A stretch of 64,000 nucleotides of DNA from Candidatus Sumerlaeaceae bacterium (GCA_049968255.1 JBMFRB010000006.1:103800-167799); one strand, 5' to 3'; numbered from the stretch's first letter, positions 38,399 to 48,439 are shown. Numbers and translations are program-made. Notes: generated from the sequence alone by a model not told the origin.

Positions 38399-38521
38399 AT
38401 GATTTACCGAACTATGACGACATCGGAACGTTGGATTGCACGGCTCATCGTGGGAACAGCGGGGATTTGCTCGCTGCTCGTGGCCGTGTACGTTTCTTTG
38501 ACAGACATTGTCCACGTCTGA
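38399..38521 (+). CDS. Small single-TM protein, 40 aa (below ORF-track cutoff)
   Basis: AAGGAG at 38385-38390, 8 nt before ATG 38399. Reads MIYRTMTTSERWIARLIVGTAGICSLLVAVYVSLTDIVHV-stop. Confidence 0.6.
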   Translation: MIYRTMTTSERWIARLIVGTAGICSLLVAVYVSLTDIVHV

Positions 38522-38658
38522 GGCTGGCCCGCGGCAACAGGATAAGGCCACCCTTCGCGGATGCCTGCTGAGTGAAGGCCATTCTCGGCAGGCATCCGCT
38601 GAAAACAAGCACCAGGCGTCTTGGGCGAGGAGCGGGATCAAAGCGGGAGCACGCAGAA

Positions 38659-39540
38659 ATGAGCGAAAGCTACAATATCGTTGATTTAGTGGACCATGGG
38701 GCGAGCAGCGGAGCTGTGCAGTTCGAGGAAAGAACGGCCTATGTGCTGCGCCACTTCCATTTCCATGAGCACCCGTTCGGCGATAACGTGAATCCGAAGT
38801 TTTTCTTTCGCACGGAAGCGCACGAGGACGCCTATATCAAAATGAAGCGCTGTATCGAGGACCACGTGGCCGTGGGCTTGACAACAGCGCTTAGCGGGAC
38901 GGGCAAAACGCTGCTCACACAAATTCTTATTTCGGAGCTAAATCCAGCTCAGTATGAGACGATACTTGTCCTGGCCTATCCGGGGATGACGCGTTCGGGT
39001 TTGCTGCGCGAAGTGGCCACAGAGCTGGGGCTCGAGGCCTTGCCGGCACGGGCTCCCTTTCATCAACTGATGAGCGCTGTTCAGGAGCGCATTATGGCGC
39101 TGTATGCGGCCGGCAAGCAACTCGTCATCACGGTGGATGAGTGCCATTTCCTCGGACTGGATGCTTTGCAGGTCATTCGGACGTTATCGAATATGGAAGT
39201 GCCGGAGCGCAAGCTGGTCACACTTCTGCTTTTTGGCGAGGAATTTTTCCAACAGAAGCTAGCGCGGCCGGAGTTTGCCTCGATCGCAAATCGGATGTTT
39301 ATTCGTGCACGGTTGCGGCCACTCACAGCTGAAGAAACGGAGCAATACGTAAAATTCCGCTGTCTTGTGAGTGGCGGGCGCCCAGCGGTCTTTGCGTCAG
39401 ACGTCTATCCGCTGCTTCACGAGCTGTCGGCTGGAATCCCCCGCGACATCAATCGGCTCTGCCATACAGCGCTTTTCGAGGCAGCGCGGCGGGGGAAAGC
39501 GGTCGTGGATCGCCAGCTTTTAGCCGAAAATGTCAGTTGA
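38659..39540 (+). CDS. ExeA/GspA-like AAA+ ATPase
   Basis: HPF...PKFFF...H..A, Walker A SGTGKT, Walker B ITVDECH, LSNME, PLTAEET.QYV..R, GIPR.IN.LC. Start placed at ATG 38659. Confidence 0.88.
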   Translation: MSESYNIVDLVDHGASSGAVQFEERTAYVLRHFHFHEHPFGDNVNPKFFFRTEAHEDAYIKMKRCIEDHVAVGLTTALSGTGKTLLTQILISELNPAQYETILVLAYPGMTRSGLLREVATELGLEALPARAPFHQLMSAVQERIMALYAAGKQLVITVDECHFLGLDALQVIRTLSNMEVPERKLVTLLLFGEEFFQQKLARPEFASIANRMFIRARLRPLTAEETEQYVKFRCLVSGGRPAVFASDVYPLLHELSAGIPRDINRLCHTALFEAARRGKAVVDRQLLAENVS

Positions 39541-39660
39541 CCGAAAAGCGGCCAGTGCACGTGGGGCATAAGCCGTCGCATGAATTTTCCGTGACAGCGC
39601 AGCGGCAAGTGAGTTGTGCTTGCGTGTAGGTTTTGAGCCGCCACACTGACTCGCACTAAC

Positions 39661-41307
39661 GTGGAAAATCAGAGAAACACCGCGATTGTGAGCACGAACG
39701 GAACGGGATCTTCCGTTGATGTGTTTGCGCCACCGAATCGAAGGATTGGGCGTGAGACTCTGCTGCTTATTCTGCTTTGCTTGGCTGTTTCAGCTCTTTT
39801 GCGGTTTGTGGCGCTCGGGCGCCGTGACCTGTACGGCGATGAGTATTTTGGGCTCGACTACATCACGGCCCAGCGGCCAAACCTCTTGGATGAGATTTTC
39901 CGTGGGCATCTGCCGCTGTTTTACGAGCTTCTCCGAGCCTGGGGCAAGCTTGTGGGCACCGCGAGCGATGCCCTGCTGCGGGTACCGTCTGCGGTGTTTG
40001 CCTTCGGCGCATGCGTTGCATTTGTCGTTTTTGCATTCCGTTTTTTGCGGGGCTTGGCGTTCGTTCTCTGCCTTGTTGGCTTTGCTTTGAACCCCGCACT
40101 GGTGCACTCGGCTCACGATGTGTCGAGTTACGCTCTTTTGAGCCTGTTTGTGGTTGGTTCACATTATTACGCGATTCGTGCTCTGGATGAAAACGAGAAA
40201 CGCTATTGGGTAGGGTGGGCTATCACGAGTGCTTTGGGGGCACTCACTCATCCATTCTTCTGGTTTGTTATGTTGGGACAATTCTTTTTTGCTCTGATGC
40301 GGCCCAAAAAGACCCCGCGGAGTTTCGTCATTGTGGCTGCAGCAGGCACTCTCGCGATCATTGCTTTAATGCTTATCGGTGTCGTGTACGCGAAGAAGCA
40401 TTTTTCGGGATTTGATATTGATGCGCCATCGGTGGCGGATCTTTCGAGGGGGTTAGTGTCGGCCACACTGGGTGATTTCGCGCGCTACCAGTATGGCGGT
40501 CGGCTTTTTGTGCGCGCGATTCTTTACCTATTTGTTCTTGTGGCTCTGATCCTTAGCTGGGTTTATTATCGAGTGCGCCAGGCGGAGGCTGAGGCTCTGC
40601 CAGAGCACGTGATGTGGGTGGACGAAACGCAAGATGTGCTCGGGCACTGGACACGATTGAGTCTGGCATCGTTTCTTCTTTATCAGTGGGTCACATTTCT
40701 TGTGCCAGCCATCGCCATTATGCTAGTGGGCGGCTTCGCTTCGGGACACCTGTTACACGCAGCCTATTTTATTGTGAGCCTTCCACCGCTGTTGGTGCTT
40801 ATCGCCTGTGGCATAGATGCGGCCCCAGGCAGGCCGGGCACGATCGTGATGGGGCTGCTATTTGTGCTGGCCATGACGTTCTACAATTTCCTGGGGCTGA
40901 GCGACCCAGGCTATGGCCTCAAGGAGGCTGTTCGACGGATTCGCAAAGCGGACTATGCCGCGCAGCAAGATGCTTTCCTTGTCGTGAGTCCTGGTGGCCT
41001 GGAGCGAGGTTTGGCACGCTACATGGAGGGACTGGCCTTCTCTGAGTTACGCCCACCGTCCAATCCTGAACTGTGTGATAAGGTGCTCCAGGAAAAAACT
41101 AACGGAAAAGAACGGGCGTTCGTGCTCTATCACGACGACTTCCGTCGCATCGGGAAATCTGACCGATCGCTCGTGAGGGAATGGTTCGGCATTCGAAAAG
41201 ACAAGTGGGACACGAACAGCAAATGGACGCTCAGTGAAGCTGAGAAGACGGAGCTACGCCTGTACGTCCGAATAGATCCCACGAAGACGCCGCCGCGCAT
41301 TGATTGA
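39661..41307 (+). CDS. GT39/ArnT-like (PMT_2) membrane glycosyltransferase
   Basis: LRFVALG..LYGDE, HLPLFY.LL..W, LRVPSA, YALL motifs; multiple TM segments. Confidence 0.78.
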   Translation: MENQRNTAIVSTNGTGSSVDVFAPPNRRIGRETLLLILLCLAVSALLRFVALGRRDLYGDEYFGLDYITAQRPNLLDEIFRGHLPLFYELLRAWGKLVGTASDALLRVPSAVFAFGACVAFVVFAFRFLRGLAFVLCLVGFALNPALVHSAHDVSSYALLSLFVVGSHYYAIRALDENEKRYWVGWAITSALGALTHPFFWFVMLGQFFFALMRPKKTPRSFVIVAAAGTLAIIALMLIGVVYAKKHFSGFDIDAPSVADLSRGLVSATLGDFARYQYGGRLFVRAILYLFVLVALILSWVYYRVRQAEAEALPEHVMWVDETQDVLGHWTRLSLASFLLYQWVTFLVPAIAIMLVGGFASGHLLHAAYFIVSLPPLLVLIACGIDAAPGRPGTIVMGLLFVLAMTFYNFLGLSDPGYGLKEAVRRIRKADYAAQQDAFLVVSPGGLERGLARYMEGLAFSELRPPSNPELCDKVLQEKTNGKERAFVLYHDDFRRIGKSDRSLVREWFGIRKDKWDTNSKWTLSEAEKTELRLYVRIDPTKTPPRID

Positions 41308-41340
41308 TACGCTGTCGGCAAACGGTGCTGGAGTGGTAAC

Positions 41341-42321
41341 ATGTTACGATTACGGTGCATAGCCCGCCTTTGTTTTCTCCCCATCAGTGTGATGTTGCTC
41401 CATGCTGCTGCATGCGAAGCGGCCACGACTTCGCCACTGAGTTCTTTTCTCGTGCCATGGGGTGACAGGCCAGAGCAGCTTGGCCTGATCACCGGCAAAG
41501 AGGTTGAGAATGTAGGGCCGCTGACTTTTGCTCTTTCGCCTCAGGGCGAACTTTATGTCGCGGACACGGTCCATCGACAGATCAAGCGATGGCAGCCTGA
41601 TGGATCGTTTGACGGAGTCGTCATGGAACAAGTTCGTCCCACGGCAATGCGCTTTGATAGTCGGGGGCTGCTGCTTCTCCTCATTGGCCATAGAGTGGAG
41701 ATCTGCTCGTCGACAGGTCAGCACATTGGCGACCTCCTCGTGCCGGAAAACGTCCCCCTGGTTGAAGGATATGGCCAGGATGTGTGGGCGGAAAATGGGC
41801 TCATTTGTGTGAATGATCCTGACGAGAACGTCTACTGCTTCGATCCGGAAAAGGATTTAGCACCAACGACCGCTCCCTTGATTTTGGCCGGGAGGCCTGC
41901 AGGTGAAGGGAAGCGAATCCTGGTTTGCCGCAACGCGCAAGGCATTCAGGCTCGGCGGCTTATGGCCGCCAAGGCCAGAATGCTGGCGCAGGAAGCTGCA
42001 ATTCGGGGTGCTGGCGAAATCGTGATGAGTGCCCATGTCGCGCAACGCTACAGCGGAGCGCACATGGGTGCAGTTCTCTTTCGGGGGTTTTTGAAACGCG
42101 ATGATGCCTTCGTTTTCGAGACCGAGGAGATCGTGGGGCGTGATGTGCATCTCGTGATGAAAGCGTTACGCAATGGCAAGATCACGAGCTCGCTCGACTT
42201 GCCTAATCGCTACTTTACAACGGTTTACAAAAAGATCGCCCTGGCACCGGACGAGAGCGTTTGGCAAATGTTGCCCAGTGCTGACGGTGTGAAATTTCTG
42301 CGCTGGGAGGTGGGCCAATGA
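41341..42321 (+). CDS. Secreted protein with NHL/beta-propeller-like blades
   Basis: Signal peptide; GPLTFALSPQGELYVADTVHRQIKRW and PTAMRFDSRG repeats. ATGA overlap with the next gene. Confidence 0.7.
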   Translation: MLRLRCIARLCFLPISVMLLHAAACEAATTSPLSSFLVPWGDRPEQLGLITGKEVENVGPLTFALSPQGELYVADTVHRQIKRWQPDGSFDGVVMEQVRPTAMRFDSRGLLLLLIGHRVEICSSTGQHIGDLLVPENVPLVEGYGQDVWAENGLICVNDPDENVYCFDPEKDLAPTTAPLILAGRPAGEGKRILVCRNAQGIQARRLMAAKARMLAQEAAIRGAGEIVMSAHVAQRYSGAHMGAVLFRGFLKRDDAFVFETEEIVGRDVHLVMKALRNGKITSSLDLPNRYFTTVYKKIALAPDESVWQMLPSADGVKFLRWEVGQ

Positions 42322-43928
42322 GAGGGCGCGGAGAACTGCTGGCGGGAGTGTTCGCAGCGCTCGGAGTTCAACAAGTTTTGGCCGTCCCCGACACGATGGC
42401 TCGCGATCAAATTATTGAGATCGCTTATGAAGCTCAACTTTTGAAATGGTACTGCGAGACTTACAACATCTACTCGGGCGTGGCAAACGCCACGTGCCCA
42501 TACTCAGCTCCAGGTTGGCAGCAGGGGATTTCGTATAAATGGGGTGGGACCGACACACGCGACAGCTTCTGGAAAAACGTGGTCACAAACCACGGCTGGG
42601 CCGGCGACACAAACAGTGCGGCAATCGTCAGTGGAACTTATGGCGACGATTGCTCGGGCTACGCGTCGAATTGCTTGCGCTCGGGGCGCTACACGACAAG
42701 CTCGTTCCCGAGCATCTGCACGCAGGTGACCTACACGAGCATCGCACCGGGCGATCTTATGAACAACGCCGGCTCGCACGTGAGAATCTTCGAGAAGTAC
42801 ACGGGCACGAATCTCACAATGTTGCTCGAATGTACGACAGGTGTTTCGCCCGGACGCGTGACGCGGCGAGTGCTTGCGACGGATTCGAACTACGTGCCGC
42901 TGCGCTATAATTACGTCGTGGCATGGCCCTCTTTGACGAAGGTGGTGGCGGGCAGCGGTGGGAGCGCAACAGTCGAATTCCTTGGGGCAGCAACAACCGG
43001 TTTCCGCGTTTACACATCAACGGATGCCGCCACATGGAGCTTGGCGGCGAACGAGACGTTGCTGGGCCCGCAAAGCCAGCAGTGCACATTGAGCGGTCTC
43101 CAGCCGGGCACGACGTACTTTGTTCGGGTGACGGCAGTGAACGGCTCGACCGAGACCTCGCCTTCCCCGGTGTTGGCTATGCGAATTGCGCCAGCTGCGA
43201 AAAAAATTCTGCTCGTGAATGGTTACGATCGTTGGACCCGCAAGACCGAGTCGGGCGGCAATGCACACACATTTCTTGTTCGAGACGCCAAACCGCTGGC
43301 TACGCTCGGCTTTGCCTTCGACAGTGTTGACAACCTTCGCGTACTAGACCGCAGCATGTCGCTCAGTTCGTACGATGCCGTGTGGTGGTTGCTTGGTGAC
43401 GAGTCGAGCACCGATGATGCGCTGAGTTATCAGGAGCAACTGGCCCTGCAGGATTATCTCGAGGCAGGGGGCAATTTGTTCATTTCTGGGTCGGAACTTT
43501 TGTATGACCTTGTGGCAAAAGCGAATACGATCAACGATCTCGCCTTCGTCCAGAATTACCTGAAATGTGGTTATGCGAGCGATGGAACGGCTGGCAACGG
43601 CTATGCTTTTACGGGCGTGGCTGGCTCGGTTTTTCAGGGGCTTGCTGGCAGCTTTGACAACGGAAGCAGCGGCACGTTCAACGTGTACTATCCCGACGTA
43701 CTAACGCCGCAAGGGGCCTCCGTGGCGGTACTGCAATATGCGACCGGCGGCACAGCAGGGATCCAATACACGGGGACTGTCGGCAATGGGAGCAAGTCGG
43801 CAAAAATCTGTTTAGCTGGATTTCCGTTTGAGACGATTACGAGTGAAAGCGTTCGCTTCGAGTTTGCGAGACGTGTAGCCAATTTCTTCTTTGCTCCGAC
43901 AGAAGTCGGGAATTGGAAAGTTTATTGA
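42318..43928 (+). CDS. Secreted NlpC/P60-like + fibronectin type III + C-terminal alpha/beta domain protein
   Basis: YKWGG...GDDCSGYAS...PGDL....SHV catalytic pattern; FN3 LSGLQPGTTYFVRVTAVN; LQDYLEAGGNLFISG domain; ends VGNWKVY. Confidence 0.78.
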   Translation: MRGRGELLAGVFAALGVQQVLAVPDTMARDQIIEIAYEAQLLKWYCETYNIYSGVANATCPYSAPGWQQGISYKWGGTDTRDSFWKNVVTNHGWAGDTNSAAIVSGTYGDDCSGYASNCLRSGRYTTSSFPSICTQVTYTSIAPGDLMNNAGSHVRIFEKYTGTNLTMLLECTTGVSPGRVTRRVLATDSNYVPLRYNYVVAWPSLTKVVAGSGGSATVEFLGAATTGFRVYTSTDAATWSLAANETLLGPQSQQCTLSGLQPGTTYFVRVTAVNGSTETSPSPVLAMRIAPAAKKILLVNGYDRWTRKTESGGNAHTFLVRDAKPLATLGFAFDSVDNLRVLDRSMSLSSYDAVWWLLGDESSTDDALSYQEQLALQDYLEAGGNLFISGSELLYDLVAKANTINDLAFVQNYLKCGYASDGTAGNGYAFTGVAGSVFQGLAGSFDNGSSGTFNVYYPDVLTPQGASVAVLQYATGGTAGIQYTGTVGNGSKSAKICLAGFPFETITSESVRFEFARRVANFFFAPTEVGNWKVY

Positions 43929-43985
43929 GAGAGGTTTCTGGTGCACTCCTAGTGTGGTGCCTTCGCAGGAGAGACGACGCTGGAA

Positions 43986-44324
43986 ATGAAACTGCAGGAA
44001 TTTTGTGTCAATCATCCAACGAAAAAAGCGGTTCAGCACTGCAAGCAGTGCGGCCAACCGCTGTGCTCTGATTGCCGGCTTCTCCTGGCTGAAGGGACCT
44101 TTTGCAGTGACGGGTGCCATCGAGAATTTCTTGAGCTCCGGCAAAACATTCTCGACACAAGAGGACCGCGCCGCCACTTCTCGTTTATCGCGCTCCTCAA
44201 GCATCTTTTTCTTGCAGCAATTCTCATCGCTTTTATTGCTGGTGTCCTTTACTGGTGGTTAGGCACACTAGATCCGGCCGAAATGTGGCGCAAACTTTAT
44301 AACGATTTCCGACTCATGTTTTGA
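43986..44324 (+). CDS. B-box-type zinc finger membrane protein
   Basis: CVNHP...CKQC...CSDC...FCSDGC followed by one TM helix. Confidence 0.8.
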   Translation: MKLQEFCVNHPTKKAVQHCKQCGQPLCSDCRLLLAEGTFCSDGCHREFLELRQNILDTRGPRRHFSFIALLKHLFLAAILIAFIAGVLYWWLGTLDPAEMWRKLYNDFRLMF

Positions 44325-44422
44325 AGTTTGTGAGTGGCGCACTCGAGAGGCGACACGACGGGTGACACCAGCCACAGCGGAAGAGCGCAACCTAGATGAT
44401 CAACATGCTCCTTTTTCTTCCG

Positions 44423-46354
44423 TTACTGTTTCACACGGTAAAGACGAGCGGTGGTTTGTGGCGTCGAAAGGTTAACCGGTTCCAGGACAGTGGACCAAGC
44501 TGGCCACTGGGCCAGCTTCCTGGGCGAGACGATGACGTGTGTCACTCCCCTATCCGAAAGGAAAAGTCTCACGTCCTGCCCATCGGATACTCCGAGATTA
44601 GTCAGATGCCTGAAAAAATCTAAATCGTCGTCGACCCAAATGTATTTTCTATTCAGATAAAAGGGATAAGCACTGTCAGGAAATAACACGGTTGCGTGGG
44701 AAGGTAGTAATTGATTCGCTGCATCGTAAAGCCAGATATTCTCGAGCTGATAGGGCTTGGTGCTTAGATAAACAAGCCGTTCTTTGTGGCGCAGGATTGG
44801 CCGGTAAGGCCAATTGATTGTTTTGTAGTGCCCCCACTCGATTTGGCGTGCGGCGTAAATATACGATAACAGCATGATGCCCGCTAGCAGGGCAAATCGC
44901 TTCAGCGCAGGCGTCGCAAGCGAACTTTCTTCGAAATGGGCCACTCGCGCTGCGACGAAGACAAACGCTGCAGGAAAGCAGACAGAAAAGTACTTTATTG
45001 TTTCGCAGAAGCCCCTGCTCCAGAAAAACACAACCCACTGCAGGACGGCTATAACACCGATCGCACGCCAAAGTTTGTGGCGCGAGACAATCAAGCCCAG
45101 CCCAAGTGATGCGTGGAAGAGAACACCCGGCGACCTCGCCACCATGGCATAGGTCAATTTGTTGGGAATGTTGCGACACACCTCTGCAAAACCTTGGAGG
45201 GAGAGAGGGTACATCGTGTTGATTGCGAGGTTACGTCGCGTCAGAGCGAATTCAGGTTTGAGCGGCAAGAGGTCACGAAAAAGGGGGAAAAACGGATTGC
45301 CCGCACCGTAGAAAATACTGCGAACGCTCCAGACCAATAGTGGGATCGCAGCGATGCAGAGGAAGAGGAGAAAGTCTATGGCACCTTGCCAAACTTTTGC
45401 ACCTGACCGATGCTCCGCCGGCACTGAGCGCATGGGCATACCAAGAGTGTTGACCACCAGCACAGCCGCGACGGGCAAAAGCACATAACCAAGCACTGTT
45501 AGCTTCGTCACAACGCCCCAACCGAGGAGCCATGCGGCTGCGTTGCGTTGAGCCCGATGACGCGGGTGGTCGTCGTCGTAGCGAAGCGTGTCGAGTGCTG
45601 CGAGGACGCCAAGAGTGGCAAACATGGCCGCCATGAGATCAGAACCCGTGTTGATGGGCACAAACCAAACATAGGTGGCATAAGCGGTGGCGCAGAGAAA
45701 CCAGCCCCACAGTGCAGCCCGCCAGCCAAACCAGTCACGTGCGTAAGCTGCCACACCCGTAAAGGTGAGAAGGCCAAAAACCGCGTAGAGGATGGAACAG
45801 TCAATTTCATCCCCAATGGACAAGGCATAAGCGTAAAGCAGGGAACCATGCAGATTGTATCCCGACGGATAGACAGTTGGCCAGGCGTAGGGGGCGTGCC
45901 AATGCAGCCAAGCACGTGCGCATGATAGGTGATACCACAGTGAATCCTGCGAGGCATCGGGCGCCAATGCGCCGATCGTGACGTTGGCCAGGCATAAGGC
46001 GGACACCGTGATGATCAACCAGTGGTGGGAACTGAGTTGCCGCATGCTAAAGCCTAGTGGCAAGGAGGCGAAACGAAAAGAAAGTCGAGCACGCCACGCT
46101 ACTGCGACAAAAGCGGCGGTAGCCATGAAGAGAACTACTTGCAAAACCGTCGGCGAAAGGGCGCGCGTGAGGCCCAGCAAGAGGGCAACCAAACCGAGCA
46201 TGCCGAAACCATGGGCAATGGTCTGTACGACGGCGATGGAACGCGGCAGGAGCGACGCGCTGCTTCGCGTACAGAGCCAACCAACTCCAAAGGCTCCCGT
46301 GAGTATGACGATTGCTCTGCCTGCGTAAGCGAGCAGCAGTAAGAATGTTTCCAT
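44423..46354 (-). CDS. Polytopic membrane protein, GT-C-like glycosyltransferase
   Basis: DSLWYHL, VTKLT and GNPFFPL motifs parallel those at 9409-11616; many TM segments. Confidence 0.65.
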   Translation of the reverse strand: METFLLLLAYAGRAIVILTGAFGVGWLCTRSSASLLPRSIAVVQTIAHGFGMLGLVALLLGLTRALSPTVLQVVLFMATAAFVAVAWRARLSFRFASLPLGFSMRQLSSHHWLIITVSALCLANVTIGALAPDASQDSLWYHLSCARAWLHWHAPYAWPTVYPSGYNLHGSLLYAYALSIGDEIDCSILYAVFGLLTFTGVAAYARDWFGWRAALWGWFLCATAYATYVWFVPINTGSDLMAAMFATLGVLAALDTLRYDDDHPRHRAQRNAAAWLLGWGVVTKLTVLGYVLLPVAAVLVVNTLGMPMRSVPAEHRSGAKVWQGAIDFLLFLCIAAIPLLVWSVRSIFYGAGNPFFPLFRDLLPLKPEFALTRRNLAINTMYPLSLQGFAEVCRNIPNKLTYAMVARSPGVLFHASLGLGLIVSRHKLWRAIGVIAVLQWVVFFWSRGFCETIKYFSVCFPAAFVFVAARVAHFEESSLATPALKRFALLAGIMLLSYIYAARQIEWGHYKTINWPYRPILRHKERLVYLSTKPYQLENIWLYDAANQLLPSHATVLFPDSAYPFYLNRKYIWVDDDLDFFRHLTNLGVSDGQDVRLFLSDRGVTHVIVSPRKLAQWPAWSTVLEPVNLSTPQTTARLYRVKQ

Positions 46355-46412
46355 CGTATCTTTTCCGCTTGCTGCACCGCAGCAAAATGCTGTGGCAGTT
46401 CAGCAACTGCGC

Positions 46413-48263
46413 TCAGAAGAGATCCGGAATTTTTGTCATGTCGACTTCGACTTCGTCGGGCCGGGGTGGCACAGGTCGCGCTTTGATAAAGGGGCCGGTG
46501 ACCATTTCCTTGTAGCTTGCTCCTGGTCCTACCATAGGAAAGACGCTTGCGTCGGGATCAATGACGACTTCGAGCAGCGCTGGCCCATCGTACTCGACAA
46601 ATTCTTTCAGCATTTTGGGGACATTGTTTTTCTCGGTCACGCGTTTCGCAAACTCGAAGCCATCTGCCCGTGCCGCTTCGATGAAATCCTTCTTTCGAAG
46701 CGATTTGTCGCTGGCCATGAAACGCTTGCCAAAATACAAGCGCTGCCACTGACGGACCATGCCGTCGCCGTAGTTATTGAGGAGCAGGACTTTGACAGGC
46801 AGATTATAAGTGGTGACTGTCTCGAGTTCGCCGAGGTTCATCCGAAGGCTGCCGTCGCCATCAACGTCTATCACGAGTTTGCTGGGATTGGCGAATTGGG
46901 CGCCTATCGCGGCAGGCAGACCAAAGCCCATCGTGCCCATGCTGCCGGACGTCAGCCATGTGCGAGGAGTGTGGAAATCGAGATACTGGGCGCCCCACAT
47001 CTGGTGCTGGCCGACGCCAGTTGTAATGATCGCATTGCCCTGAATGATCTCGTTGAGCACTTCCATGACGTACTGGGGCTGGATGAGCGGCGAAGTGCGA
47101 TCATAGTTCAATGCATACTCGCGCTTGAGCATCGCAATGTGCTCATGCCATTTGCGTAAGTCTTTTTGGAAGTGTCGGCCGTACTCGACCAAATCCGCGA
47201 GCGCTCGCTTTAGCGGCCCGACGTGGCTCCACGTCACCGCTTTCACTTTGCCAATTTCCGCGGGATCTATGTCGAGGTGAGCTATGTCGCGAGCATTTGG
47301 TGCGAACTCGGCTACCTTACCGGCAACACGATCATCGAAGCGCGCCCCGACCGCGATGAGAAAATCGCAATCCTCTACGGCATAATTGGCGTAAGCGGTG
47401 CCGTGCATGCCGAGCATCTTGAGCGAGAGTTGAGCCCGCGTGTCTACGGCGCCGATTCCCATGAGAGTTGTCGTCACAGGGATGCCGAAACGCTCGCTGA
47501 ATCGACGGAGTTCAGCGGCTGCCGCGCCATTGATGACGCCTCCCCCTGCGTAAATGAGTGGCCGTTCAGAGCGCGCTAACATTTTAAAAAATTCTTTTGC
47601 CTGCTCTTTTGTGATACGCGCTTCTTCTAAGGCAGCCATCCGTTCGCGGTATCCGCGCAGCTCGAGCACTCCCTCGGCTTTGAAAACCCCGCTCCAGTTT
47701 TGGACATCCTTCGGCACATCGATCACCACGGGCCCTGGGCGGCCGGAGCGAGCGATTTCAAACGCCGTGCGCACCGTTGCTTCAAGTTCTTCTGGATCCT
47801 TGACGAGAAAGACATGTTTTGCACAGGCGCTCATGATGTTGAAAACTGGTGCTTCCTGGAACGCATCTGTGCCGATGGCACTACGGGGCACTTGGCCGCT
47901 GATCATGACGACCGGCACGGAGTCGGCCATGCAGTCGCGGATGGGAGTCACCGTATTTGTGGCACCCGGCCCCGAGGTGACAATGAACACCCCAACTTTA
48001 CCGCTTGACCGCGCGTAGCCAGCGGCCATGAACCCCGCGCCTTGCTCGTTTGCGGGAACGATGAATTGAATCGCGTCCCTACCGCCTTTCGCATGTTCTG
48101 CGTTGTAGCGAAAAATGGCATCGTAAGTGGGAAGGATAGCACCGCCACTATAACCGAAAACTGTGTCCACGCCTTCATCAGCGAGAATTTGGGCGATCAT
48201 TTCAGCGCCCGTCATCGTTTTGCCAGCAAGAGGATGCTTCTTAGCTCGGGGCTTTGTCGTCAT
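46413..48263 (-). CDS. ilvB: Acetolactate synthase large subunit
   Basis: FGYSGGAILP, EQGAGFMA.GYAR, TSGPGATN, DAFQE, GMHG, RFDDR, GQHQMW, TPP motif GDGS...NN. Confidence 0.95.
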   Translation of the reverse strand: MTTKPRAKKHPLAGKTMTGAEMIAQILADEGVDTVFGYSGGAILPTYDAIFRYNAEHAKGGRDAIQFIVPANEQGAGFMAAGYARSSGKVGVFIVTSGPGATNTVTPIRDCMADSVPVVMISGQVPRSAIGTDAFQEAPVFNIMSACAKHVFLVKDPEELEATVRTAFEIARSGRPGPVVIDVPKDVQNWSGVFKAEGVLELRGYRERMAALEEARITKEQAKEFFKMLARSERPLIYAGGGVINGAAAAELRRFSERFGIPVTTTLMGIGAVDTRAQLSLKMLGMHGTAYANYAVEDCDFLIAVGARFDDRVAGKVAEFAPNARDIAHLDIDPAEIGKVKAVTWSHVGPLKRALADLVEYGRHFQKDLRKWHEHIAMLKREYALNYDRTSPLIQPQYVMEVLNEIIQGNAIITTGVGQHQMWGAQYLDFHTPRTWLTSGSMGTMGFGLPAAIGAQFANPSKLVIDVDGDGSLRMNLGELETVTTYNLPVKVLLLNNYGDGMVRQWQRLYFGKRFMASDKSLRKKDFIEAARADGFEFAKRVTEKNNVPKMLKEFVEYDGPALLEVVIDPDASVFPMVGPGASYKEMVTGPFIKARPVPPRPDEVEVDMTKIPDLF

Positions 48264-48439
48264 TGTCGCAAACTCATTCGTTGTGAGAATCAACTTTTCG
48301 GGCTTCTGCCCTCTAGCTGCATTCTGTTGGATGGATTAGTTCGGAGCGAACACAAGACTTCAACTTGAAATTCTGGCGCTCGAGACATGAAGCTACAAAA
48401 GCTGCGGGCAAGCATGCACAGCAAAGGAGGGTGCAAACT

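Noticed and set aside
38659-39540. ExeA-like ATPase as a transposon helper (TniB/IstB type)
   Set aside because: No transposase, integrase or terminal repeats nearby, and the motifs fit the ExeA family.
48264-48439. ilv attenuator leader
   Set aside because: I saw no clear branched-chain-rich leader peptide with a terminator. The region is a short divergent intergenic.
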